Assembly (NCBI GenBank): GCA_050250895.1
Contig: JBFWNU010000011.1
Span: 1-64,000 of the forward strand
Direction: 5' to 3'
Source of the DNA: Vulcanimicrobiota bacterium
Lineage (GTDB): Bacteria; Vulcanimicrobiota; Xenobia; Xenobiales; JADMJV01
Length of the DNA stretch: 64,000 nt
Positions 9,386-17,891 of this stretch are shown one piece after another (within the stretch, counting starts at the first letter, position 1; every line of letters starts with the position of its first letter). Both the position numbers and the translations under genes were made by a program. Below the pieces are notes generated by a model, which worked only from the letters and a program-made list of their open reading frames with translations, was not told the DNA's origin and did no database searches.

Positions 9386-9409
9386 ACCACATCGCGGGGG
9401 GGAAGTCAA
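9381..9409 (-). promoter_or_regulatory. Sigma70-like promoter candidate P2 upstream of the YjzC-like gene
   Basis: TTGACT-17 nt-TAAAAA, with TG at the extended -10 position and a T-rich UP-like tract upstream. Last -10 base is non-consensus. Confidence 0.5.
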
Positions 9410-9435
9410 ACAAAAAAACTTCCTAAAACCATCTA

Positions 9436-9483
9436 GTTATACAGAATAACAAAGAGACATCGGAAACATCTCGTGATCCAGAA
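9436..9483 (-). promoter_or_regulatory. Promoter candidate P1 overlapped by a TTC-PAM protospacer for the adjacent repeat-like guide
   Basis: TTC (9483-9481) then TGGATCACGAG (9480-9470). Extended -10 TGtTATTCT (9451-9443) and TATAAC (9441-9436). Confidence 0.6.
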
Positions 9484-9577
9484 AAAAAGTGAGGCCGGGG
9501 AGTAGCTCTTGAGGAGCCAGAGAAACCAACTCGTGATCCATCTGCAATGAGGCCCGACCTCGCTTTCGGATTCGCGT
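9483..9577 (-). ncRNA. CRISPR-repeat-like regulatory RNA (CreA/CreR-like mini-array): degenerate repeat, guide, second degenerate repeat/poly-U
   Basis: Pseudo-repeat 9577-9541 has a hairpin, 4 nt and an ATTGCAGA handle, versus hairpin, 4 nt and ATTGAAGC in the true repeat. The guide starting at 9540 matches the site at 9480. Downstream TGGCTC/GAGCTA hairpin and GGCCTCAC-T7. Confidence 0.7.
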
Positions 9578-9676
9578 TCCGTGCTTAGAAGCCTCCTCCA
9601 AGCGAGCGGGTACAAACACTCTGCTGACCGGCGGCTGCGAGACACAACGAAGCCCGCCATCACGGATCAGTGTTCA

Positions 9677-12600
9677 TCACCCCAGCACCCTCGAGCCCGC
9701 CTGGTCTTTGACCACGCGAATCTGCACGGGTAATCGCTCGGCCAACTCCGAAACGTGAGTGATGACCCCGACCAGGCGACCCCGCTGCTGCAGCATCTCG
9801 AGGGTCTGAGCCACAACTTCCAGGGTGTCCTGGTCGAGGGTCCCGAACCCCTCGTCGATGAACAGGCTCTCGAGGGGCCTCCCCTCACTCAAATAGTCCA
9901 CCATCGCCAAGGCCAAAGACAGCGAGGCCAAGAACGTCTCGCCGCCAGAAAGCGAGCGAACGTCGCGGGCCTCGCCGGCGTTCCAGCCGTCCTCGACCCA
10001 GATGTCATCACCGCGAAGACACAGGCGATAGCGACCCGACAGCCGCTCGAGCTCCACGCTAGCCCGCTCCAGAATCTCCTCGAGCAGGCGATTGGCCACG
10101 AAGGCCTTGAGGCCATCGGCGTTGAGCAAGCCCGAGAGCACCTTGTAAGTGCTAGCCTGCGAGCTGTGCTGCTCGAGCAAGTCTCGCAGGTCCTGGGCCT
10201 TGGCCAGACCCTCTTTCATCAAGCCATGCTCGCGGGTGGCCCCGCCGAGCTTGGTCTGGCACTCGCCGAGGTCCTCACTACACTGCTTGAGTTCCGCTTC
10301 GGCGGCCTCGACCTCGGCCTGGTTCACGCGCCGGCCAGCCAGCGTCTCTTCGCACTCCGCGATCCGCTGGCAGGTCAGACGCCGCGCATCCTCATAGACC
10401 TGCAGGTCCCCTTCCAGTCGCTTCATCTGGTCCGGCGCCATCAGTGCCAAAAACAGGTCCTTCTCAGACGCCAGACCCAGCTCCTCAAGCCGCTCCAAGA
10501 ACCGGGTCTCCACGGCCATCAGTTCAGCAGCCGCATCGGCCCGCGACCGAATCCGCTCTCGCTCGAGCGCCTCGGCGCTAGCCTTGCAGGCTTCGGCGGT
10601 TCGCTTCGCGTCCAACGCCTGGGTCCTGTCCTTTTCCAGAACTCGCGCGCGAGTGGTCACGGTCGCGACTTCCTGCTCGCAGGCCTGCAGATAGTCGACA
10701 CCCTCACCGAACTCGGCCGAGAGCTGCCGGTCAAGCTCGGCGGCCTGCGCCTCACATTCCAGCGCGGCCGCCTCCAGCTCTGACAGACGTTGCTGGCCGG
10801 TGCGCCGGTCGGCCTCTAACTGGGCAATGGCCCTCTCCAGTCCACGAAGGGCCTCGCTCTCCTGAGACTTCAGCAGAGCCAGCTCGTCCAGACGACCACG
10901 ACGCTGGTGTTCCGCTGCCAGGGCAGACTCGATGGTGCCCACCGCATCGTCGGGCCAGCCCGGCCAACCCATGGCCTCGATCAGATCCTGGCGAGCGGCC
11001 ACCAGTTGCATCGACAGCTCCTGCCGCTTGGCCTTGACCTGCTCCAGCTCTTCCTCGGCCTGTTCCGCTTCGAAGTCGGCTCGCTCCAGACGGAGCCGCC
11101 GAGCGTCCAGGGTCTCGCGAGCGTCCTCCAGCGCCTGCTCGGCCTCGGCCAAAAGCTCGTCGACCTCCAGGACCTCGCCATCCGGCTCGGCGGGCGCCTG
11201 GGCAACTTGCTGCAGACAAACCGGGCAAGGCTCACCCACCTTCAGATTGTGCCTGAGACGGTGAGCCAGATGCTCTTCACGAACCCGACGGGCCTCGCGG
11301 CAGGCCCGCTCGCTCTCTTTCAAGACTCGGTCGGCCGTAGCAAAGCGCTCCTCGGCAACCTTCAAGTCTTGCTGCGCTTTGGCGACGGCTTTGTGAGCTG
11401 CCTCGAGGTCGAGTTCGGCCAACCGTCCAGCCAGCTCGTCGGCGGCTCGAGCCTTGACCCGGCAGCCGGTCAGAGTGGCCTCGAGGCCGGCCTCGCCCGC
11501 CAAAGATTGTCGCTCTTCCTCAAGCAACTTTAGGCGAGCCTCGAGCTTGCCGAGGGTGGTCTGTTCGGCGGTCAGCGTCTCGTTCAACCTAATCATGGCT
11601 GTGCGGCGTTGCTCGAGTTCACCTCGAGTCTTGACCAGCTCGCCCGTGTGGCGCGCCCACTCGCGGGCCACCTGAGCCAGGCCTCCCAGAGCCTCAAGCC
11701 GACTTTCCAGGGCGGGTATGGCACCGGCCGCCGTCTCGGCTTGGTCGAGCCCCTCCGCAGCCTTTGCCAATCCCTCCTCCGCCTTGGTCAGCGCGTCTTT
11801 GGCTTGCTGATACTGAACCTGCTTGTCCCGGTGATTCCTGCGACAGCGAGTCACCTCGTCGAGTTGCGCTCGTTCGCCTTCTAACTCACGCGCCCGAGCC
11901 AGCTGGCGGCGGCTGGCTTCCATCTCGTCGGCCCTCTGCTCGAGTAGCTGAGCCTGCTCGAGAGCCTTCTCCAGCGTGCGGGTGGTCTCACCCAGACGCC
12001 TGGCTAGCTGGGCAGCCAGATCAAGCTCTCCCAACCGACGCTTCAAGGCTTTCTGCTCGGCCTCGAGCGCCTGAATGCGAAGCTCCAGCTCGGCCAGAGC
12101 TTCAGGCGAGATATGCTCATGCTGGCCCAGAGCGAGAGTCAACTTGTCTTGCTCGGCTTCGGCCTGCTTTTGGCGCGCCCGTGCCAGTTCAGACATCTGG
12201 TCGTAGATGCCGAGGTTGGCAAGCTCCATGAGCAATAGTTTGCGATTGGCCAGTTTCTCGGGCTTGAGCAGACGATCGAACTGTCCCTGCGGCAGCAGCA
12301 GCGCCCGGGTGAAGACCTGATACTTCATCCCCAAGAGGGCTGTGATTTGCTGGGTGGCCGCACCCTGCGGCGTCCGCTCGGACGAAGCTTCCCATTCCCC
12401 GTCACGAAACGGCCGAATCTCGACTTCATGGTTGGGGCCGCTCTTGCGCAGCTTGACCGTTCGCACCACCTGATAGAGCTGATCCGAGAGCGAGAACTCG
12501 ACCTCGATGCGAGCTTCCTTGCATCCCTGAGCCACGATCTCCGAGGCGGCCTTGGCGTTGTCCCAGCGCGGGGCTTTGCCATAGAGCGCAAAACAGATGG

Positions 12601-12730
12601 CATCGAGCAGGGCCGATTTACCCGAGCCGGTGGGGCCCACCAGGGCGAAGATGGAGTGCCCGGTGAAGGTCACCTCCTGGCGTTTGCGATAGGGCATGAA
12701 GCCTTCAACCGTCAGCCTATGCAGGCGCAT
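9677..12730 (-). CDS. sbcC: SbcC/Rad50 SMC-family ATPase
   Basis: Walker A GPTGSGKS, LLPQGQF, zinc hook CPVC, LSGGE, FIDEGFGTLD, ITH, long coiled coils. Confidence 0.95.
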   Translation of the reverse strand: MRLHRLTVEGFMPYRKRQEVTFTGHSIFALVGPTGSGKSALLDAICFALYGKAPRWDNAKAASEIVAQGCKEARIEVEFSLSDQLYQVVRTVKLRKSGPNHEVEIRPFRDGEWEASSERTPQGAATQQITALLGMKYQVFTRALLLPQGQFDRLLKPEKLANRKLLLMELANLGIYDQMSELARARQKQAEAEQDKLTLALGQHEHISPEALAELELRIQALEAEQKALKRRLGELDLAAQLARRLGETTRTLEKALEQAQLLEQRADEMEASRRQLARARELEGERAQLDEVTRCRRNHRDKQVQYQQAKDALTKAEEGLAKAAEGLDQAETAAGAIPALESRLEALGGLAQVAREWARHTGELVKTRGELEQRRTAMIRLNETLTAEQTTLGKLEARLKLLEEERQSLAGEAGLEATLTGCRVKARAADELAGRLAELDLEAAHKAVAKAQQDLKVAEERFATADRVLKESERACREARRVREEHLAHRLRHNLKVGEPCPVCLQQVAQAPAEPDGEVLEVDELLAEAEQALEDARETLDARRLRLERADFEAEQAEEELEQVKAKRQELSMQLVAARQDLIEAMGWPGWPDDAVGTIESALAAEHQRRGRLDELALLKSQESEALRGLERAIAQLEADRRTGQQRLSELEAAALECEAQAAELDRQLSAEFGEGVDYLQACEQEVATVTTRARVLEKDRTQALDAKRTAEACKASAEALERERIRSRADAAAELMAVETRFLERLEELGLASEKDLFLALMAPDQMKRLEGDLQVYEDARRLTCQRIAECEETLAGRRVNQAEVEAAEAELKQCSEDLGECQTKLGGATREHGLMKEGLAKAQDLRDLLEQHSSQASTYKVLSGLLNADGLKAFVANRLLEEILERASVELERLSGRYRLCLRGDDIWVEDGWNAGEARDVRSLSGGETFLASLSLALAMVDYLSEGRPLESLFIDEGFGTLDQDTLEVVAQTLEMLQQRGRLVGVITHVSELAERLPVQIRVVKDQAGSRVLG

Positions 12731-13868
12731 CCGTAACCTCCTGATAGAGCGAGGCGAAGGCCTGATCCAACTCGTCGGGCACGGATTGGCCCGGAAAACG
12801 AGTGGCGTAGAACTCCCGGAAAGTGCCGGCCGGATCGTGCAGGCTCTGAGTGTCGCGGGCCTTCGAGACCGAGGTGACGGTGGCCAGGCTCTTGACGATC
12901 AGGGCGCTGGGCAGAATCTCGCGCACTCGCCCGGCCAGGTTGGGCTCGGGCTGCTCGAGCCGGACCACGACCTTGAAAAATCCGGGCTGGCCACGATGCG
13001 CTTCGAGGTCGACCAGGCGACTGGAATCGACTCGCACCTCGCGCAGCGGCTGGGCACAAGAGAGCCCGATGAATTCGGTCTCGGTGAACTTGCCTCGCTC
13101 GAGATCGACCCGATAGAAGCCCCGCGGTTGGCCCGCCTCGCCGAAGTCCATGGGCCGGGGCGCCCCCGAATAGGCAGTTCGCGAGGGAGCTTGCCGCGTT
13201 TGCGGCACATGAACATGGCCAAGGGCCACGTAGTTGAGGTTGTCGGGTAAAGAAGCGGCCGAGATCCAATAGCAGTCGCTGATGGTCAGCTGCCGTTGGG
13301 TGTTGGAGATCTCCGAGCCTTCGAGCATCAAGTGGCCTACGAAGACGCGAGGGCCTCGATCTTGGAGCTGAGCGCAGAGGTGGCGAATGAAGGCCGTGAC
13401 GTTCTCCATCCAGGTTGTCTTACGTTGGTCATCTCCGCCCACCGCTCCGACCAGGGGAGCCATCATGCGCTCGGAGGGCCAGGCGAGTCCGGCCACTTCG
13501 AGGCAACCAGAAGGAGTGTCCACCGTGAACACCGTCTCGAGCGACGGCCGGGCCACCACGTGGACATTAGCCAGTCGCAGCAAGGGCTCGAGAGCCGACC
13601 ACTGCCCATAGGAGTCGTGATTACCAGCGACCAGCACGGCCGGAATACCGTGCTTGAAGAGGCGCAAGAAGAAGTCAAAGACGATGGCCTGGCTGTCGCC
13701 GGTGGGGCGGGGAGTTTCGAAGATGTCACCCGCAACGATCACCGCGTCCACCTTCTCGTTGACGGCAAAGTCGCCCATCTCGGTGAGAGCCGAAACCAGG
13801 CCAGGGTCCAGGCTGTGACGGGCCAGCGTTCGCCCGGCGTGCCAGTCGGAGGTGTGCAGGAGCCTCAC
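12717..13868 (-). CDS. sbcD: SbcD/Mre11 nuclease
   Basis: LHTSDWH, AGD, GNHD, ALGHVH and YSGAP motifs. GTG at 13868 overlaps the herA stop. Confidence 0.93.
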   Translation of the reverse strand: MRLLHTSDWHAGRTLARHSLDPGLVSALTEMGDFAVNEKVDAVIVAGDIFETPRPTGDSQAIVFDFFLRLFKHGIPAVLVAGNHDSYGQWSALEPLLRLANVHVVARPSLETVFTVDTPSGCLEVAGLAWPSERMMAPLVGAVGGDDQRKTTWMENVTAFIRHLCAQLQDRGPRVFVGHLMLEGSEISNTQRQLTISDCYWISAASLPDNLNYVALGHVHVPQTRQAPSRTAYSGAPRPMDFGEAGQPRGFYRVDLERGKFTETEFIGLSCAQPLREVRVDSSRLVDLEAHRGQPGFFKVVVRLEQPEPNLAGRVREILPSALIVKSLATVTSVSKARDTQSLHDPAGTFREFYATRFPGQSVPDELDQAFASLYQEVTDAPA

Positions 13869-15532
13869 CGGCGGGACCCCGGCGGCAGCAGCTTGCGCAG
13901 CGCTTCTTCCCTCTGGCCATCGAGGGGTTCGTTGGCCACTTCCTGGCTTCGGGTTGCCCAGGCCGGAAAGGGAAAGCGAACGGCCAGCGGTGAGGGTAGC
14001 TCGGGTTGATGGACGATCATTGTGCCCGGCTTGAGGATAGCCGCTCGCTGACGGTAGGAACCGGCCAACCATCCGTAGTGGGCTTTCTGCCCTTCGGCGG
14101 CATCCAGTCGTCCGGCCACCCTGAAGGCGGCATTTGACACGATGCGATCTTCGATCTCGCTGGCTGTTTGTTGAGCCCCGATGAGGATGATGCCCATACT
14201 GCGTCCGCGTTCGGCTACATCGAGAAGGATGTCCTTGATGGGGTTCCAGCCCCGCTTGGGGGCATACTTGTTGAGCTCGTCGAGCACCACATAGACCCGC
14301 GGCTCGGGCGTGGCCACCTGGTCTTTGGCCTCGAACAGTGTCTTGAGCACGGCTCCCACTACGAAGGCCTTGGCCCGGGCGTGCAGGTTGTGAATGTCGA
14401 CCACGGTCACTTGCCGGTTGGTGAAGTCGATGCGGTGGCGGCCTGGCTCGTCGACCTGCTCCCGCAGCAGAGGGTCGACATAACGAACCGAGGCCTGCAG
14501 CCTGCGCACCAGCGCCTGGCGAGTGCCCGTGGCCGTCTTGCCGAACCAGTCGTCATCCTCAATCGCCTCAGACAAGAAATCGGCGAACTGCTCCAGACTG
14601 CGCAATGGCGTTCCCCCCAGCAAGACGCGCCCCGCCGGGCTGGCCTGAGCTGCTCGCTTCAAGAGATGGGTGATGCGCTCGACGGCAAACTCCAGTTGCG
14701 ACAGGGTCTGGCCCCCCTCGGCAAAGAGATAGCGAAACAGCTCTGCCTCGGCAAACTCTCGCATGCTCCAGACAAAGGCCGTCACCCCCTCGGTGCGCAC
14801 CACCTTCGGAATGAGGCTTTCCCCGTCGTGTGGCGGCGCATAGAAGGCCACCGACGAGAACGGCTCGCACGAGAGCCCTAGCTTCTGGTAGGTCTGGCGA
14901 TCGATGTCGCGCAGCTTTTTGTTGGGCTTATCGAGATAGAGCAGATCCTCGCCTTTGACATTGAAAACCAGGGCGTGCGAGTTCGTGCTGGCCTGGATGT
15001 CCTTCATCCGAAACAGGCTATACAATAGAAAGAGCGCGTAGGATGTCTTGGTGGCCACTCCGGAGATGCCCGAGATGTTGATGTGGGCACCTTTCTCGCC
15101 AGCCAGAAAGTCATAGTTGAGGTAGGCTGTCTCGCCGTTACGCATCTGGCCGGCCACCATCCGGTTGTTCATCCCATCAAAGTAGAGGGCCACATCCAGG
15201 GCATCGCCTTCGGCCCGAGCCACCGATGAGCCGGGCTGGGGAGGGACGAACAATTCTGGCTCGACCCGGGTGACCAGCACGTGAGCGACGTAGGCCGTGT
15301 TGACCGGCAAGATTCCCGCCTCCACCAGTTCGACATCGGTGTCAAAAGCCAACCCTTCGTGAACCTTCTCCACCGATTCGACCACGCCAAAGAACTCGAC
15401 TTCGCCCCGCCCCGGCACGGTCGACCGACAGCAAACGACATCATCGAGTTGCAGATAGGCGTCCTCGCTCACTGCCACCCAGAACTCGAGCGGTGAGCAG
15501 GTGCGACGACCCAGCACCTTACCAACCGTCAT
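13865..15532 (-). CDS. herA: HerA-family ATPase/helicase
   Basis: N-terminal HAS-barrel-like region, HINISGISGVATKT, VVLDELNKYAP, ERGRSMG, GAQQ. Confidence 0.88.
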   Translation of the reverse strand: MTVGKVLGRRTCSPLEFWVAVSEDAYLQLDDVVCCRSTVPGRGEVEFFGVVESVEKVHEGLAFDTDVELVEAGILPVNTAYVAHVLVTRVEPELFVPPQPGSSVARAEGDALDVALYFDGMNNRMVAGQMRNGETAYLNYDFLAGEKGAHINISGISGVATKTSYALFLLYSLFRMKDIQASTNSHALVFNVKGEDLLYLDKPNKKLRDIDRQTYQKLGLSCEPFSSVAFYAPPHDGESLIPKVVRTEGVTAFVWSMREFAEAELFRYLFAEGGQTLSQLEFAVERITHLLKRAAQASPAGRVLLGGTPLRSLEQFADFLSEAIEDDDWFGKTATGTRQALVRRLQASVRYVDPLLREQVDEPGRHRIDFTNRQVTVVDIHNLHARAKAFVVGAVLKTLFEAKDQVATPEPRVYVVLDELNKYAPKRGWNPIKDILLDVAERGRSMGIILIGAQQTASEIEDRIVSNAAFRVAGRLDAAEGQKAHYGWLAGSYRQRAAILKPGTMIVHQPELPSPLAVRFPFPAWATRSQEVANEPLDGQREEALRKLLPPGSRR

Positions 15533-16515
15533 GCGACTCCCCTTCCGTGGATGCTCTTGCGAAGGATTCTAGTAACCAGGGCCGCGTCGCCCATGCGATG
15601 CCGCAACTCCTTTTCGAGAGCCGCGATGGGAGCCAGATTCTGAGGCGAACGAGCGTCACGATGGCGGCCGCCCACAAGGCGAGGCAACACCCCCGCCGTG
15701 GCTTGCGCGCGTTCACGAGCCGCTTCCAACCCAAGGTCCGCCAGCACCTCTAAGCGAACGATTCCAGCCAGGCCGGTCTCGTGCGGCGCAGGTGCGGCCA
15801 AACGAAGGTACCAGGTGAAGCGCTCAAACGCATCGCTGCCCTCCGGCGCTTTTAGCAAAACGATCGGTGTCCTGGTTCGGACCGGGAGGGAGTGGAGTGT
15901 GCTCAAGAGGCGATCCGGCAACAGCATTCGCCGATGGCTCTTGATATAGCCCACGACTCCGGCCCCGCGCATCTTCAAGACATTCTGCAGTGGGCCATCG
16001 GCGAGCACTAACGCTCCGTGTTGTTCGGCTAGTTCAGCCGCGATCAGGCTTTCATGCAGACGCATCCGTTGCTGAAGCTCGAGGGTCAGTCGCTCGGGCT
16101 TTTGTCCCATTACCGGTAACACTTGAAATTCGGCGGGAAATCTGGCTGCACTGGGGATCTCTCCTAACACGAGAGCGACCCGCTCGACGACAGGTGTGCG
16201 CAGAGCCTGCCAAAGGTTGCTTTGCTGCCCGAGTCTCAGAAAGATCCCCCCGGCCGCGTAGGTTCCGACCAGAACCGGGATGGAGGTCGTAGGGCCCTCT
16301 AGCCTCAGATGGGCATCGACTCGGCGAACGCCGTCGACAATGACCAGTTCGTCGAGCGACGATGCTTCGCATGAGATGGGCGTCCATTCGGACTCGGAAT
16401 ACTCGGACTCCGTCTCGACTTCGACTTGTTGCTCGTCGTCTGTCTCGGAGAACGAGACAGATGGGCCAAAATCGGAATTCCAAGGGTCAAACTTGAGCTG
16501 CAAACAACCCCCCAA
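15529..16515 (-). CDS. nurA: NurA-family nuclease
   Basis: VDGVRR, ADGPL, VGYIKSH, FTWYLRL and DARSPQNLAPIAALEKELRH motifs. Overlaps herA. Confidence 0.82.
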   Translation of the reverse strand: MGGCLQLKFDPWNSDFGPSVSFSETDDEQQVEVETESEYSESEWTPISCEASSLDELVIVDGVRRVDAHLRLEGPTTSIPVLVGTYAAGGIFLRLGQQSNLWQALRTPVVERVALVLGEIPSAARFPAEFQVLPVMGQKPERLTLELQQRMRLHESLIAAELAEQHGALVLADGPLQNVLKMRGAGVVGYIKSHRRMLLPDRLLSTLHSLPVRTRTPIVLLKAPEGSDAFERFTWYLRLAAPAPHETGLAGIVRLEVLADLGLEAARERAQATAGVLPRLVGGRHRDARSPQNLAPIAALEKELRHRMGDAALVTRILRKSIHGRGVA

Positions 16516-16562
16516 ACCAACCTAGAGAAAACTGGTTCTACCATCAGCAGAAAGCTCCTCTA

Positions 16563-16577
16563 TGACAGATTTTGTCA
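16563..16577. promoter_or_regulatory. Operator-like palindrome TGACA-GATTT-TGTCA upstream of nurA
   Basis: Perfect arms, about 50 bp upstream of the nurA start. Matches the motif upstream of csb1. Confidence 0.55.
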
Positions 16578-17321
16578 GCGAACGTCGGTTCTGTATACCC
16601 GAGCACCCCCGAGCTGCCGGTTCAAGTAGCATTAACCCTCCGGGAACTGCGACACGAGCATGGCCTCACCCAGGACGAGATCGCCAGGCGAATCGGCGTG
16701 CCCCAATGCAATCGACGGACCGAATCGTAGCTCCGCCTCGTGGCTTTGGGCCATTTCTCGACCAGCTCCGATGCTCAGCGCAATTCAGCCGGCCGAAGTG
16801 GCCCTCGTCCGTGGCGAAGAGAGAGTTCGACCGGGCTACAGCCCTCGCCCACAGAAAAACTGCTGGCTGGGGCATGCGATCCCCGGGCCTTTCTGGGTTG
16901 GCTGGTCAAAGCAGCCCCCGTGCCCGCCCTCGTGAGCGTGGCCGCTCCACCCGGTCAGTAACAGAGGGGGCTGCCGGCCGGAATCGAACACATCAGAGTG
17001 GCCACTATCACCAGGGAAGTTCGCGGCTTTACCGTCGGGTCCAACAGCTTGGCGGTAGCGTCGCTTGTTTAAGAGAATCGCCATCGACAACTATCGAAAC
17101 CTGGCTGCTCGCCTTACTCCGTTACGAGGCTGTGAATGAGTCCGAGAGCCTCAAGCAGGCCTATGAGCAACTTTACGGTGCAGACGAGAGATCAGCCCTC
17201 GAACAGGCCGCCTCCGGTTGGCCTGCGTCCAGTCAGGCTCTTCCGTCGCTGACCGACGGCCGCCGCGAGATGCAACGCCTCGTCCGGTAGACTCCCGTGC
17301 CGACCACAGTCGCTACGTCCG

Positions 17322-17843
17322 CTAGCAGGCACCCGCCAAAGAATACGAGGTAGCCGGAGTGCCCGGAATCAGGCTCTGGGTGGTACTGGTACAGTCGACC
17401 GTGCCGAAGTTCGGCCCACACGAGCAATCGTTGTTGTTCGTGCAGAAGAAGACATCAAGAGTCCCGGTGGTACGGCCGCACAGATCCACGCAGACCTGCT
17501 GCTGGGAATAGTTGTTGACGGTGTAGACGGCGCAATCGATCGATGTCGCGACGGCTGGTTTGGGTGCGGCGATAGTGAGCACCATCGGCGCGAGAGCGGC
17601 TTTGAGGAGCTTGCGCCGAGAGATGCCTGACCTCGTTTTGAAATCGACCACGAGACCAGCTTCGTCGAGTCGGCCGATGGCTTCTTCGAACGACTCGCCA
17701 GGCTCACAACCCGACGCCACAACTTGAAAGGCAAGAGTGGCGGTGGGGTCAAGCAGGTGGGCCGTTCGTGACGACGGGTCGTAGACCAGTGTTTCTTCAC
17801 CGCAGTCGCTCGTGATGAGACCAGGCTTTAGCTTGACAGACAT
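17322..17843 (-). CDS. PqqD/RRE-domain protein with internal twin-arginine motif and 8-Cys tail
   Basis: ETLVYDP..AHLLDPTA (PqqD-like), GISRRKLL, AAPKPAVATS, Cys-rich C-terminus. Confidence 0.75.
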   Translation of the reverse strand: MSVKLKPGLITSDCGEETLVYDPSSRTAHLLDPTATLAFQVVASGCEPGESFEEAIGRLDEAGLVVDFKTRSGISRRKLLKAALAPMVLTIAAPKPAVATSIDCAVYTVNNYSQQQVCVDLCGRTTGTLDVFFCTNNNDCSCGPNFGTVDCTSTTQSLIPGTPATSYSLAGAC

Positions 17844-17891
17844 CTCCCCCCCCAGAAAGGGCAATTTGCTATCGCCCCCAAGCATCCTCTT

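Noticed and set aside
9048-9663. Track ORFs 9048..9269 (+), 9433..9663 (-), 9437..9619 (-) and a 49-codon + ORF from 9277
   Set aside because: No recognisable motifs. They overlap the better-supported YjzC-like ORF, palindromes and guide/promoter elements.
16562-17290. 242-aa + strand ORF
   Set aside because: N-terminal half is Arg/Pro/Ser-rich and starts inside the operator palindrome. Possibly a decayed gene, but no product can be supported.
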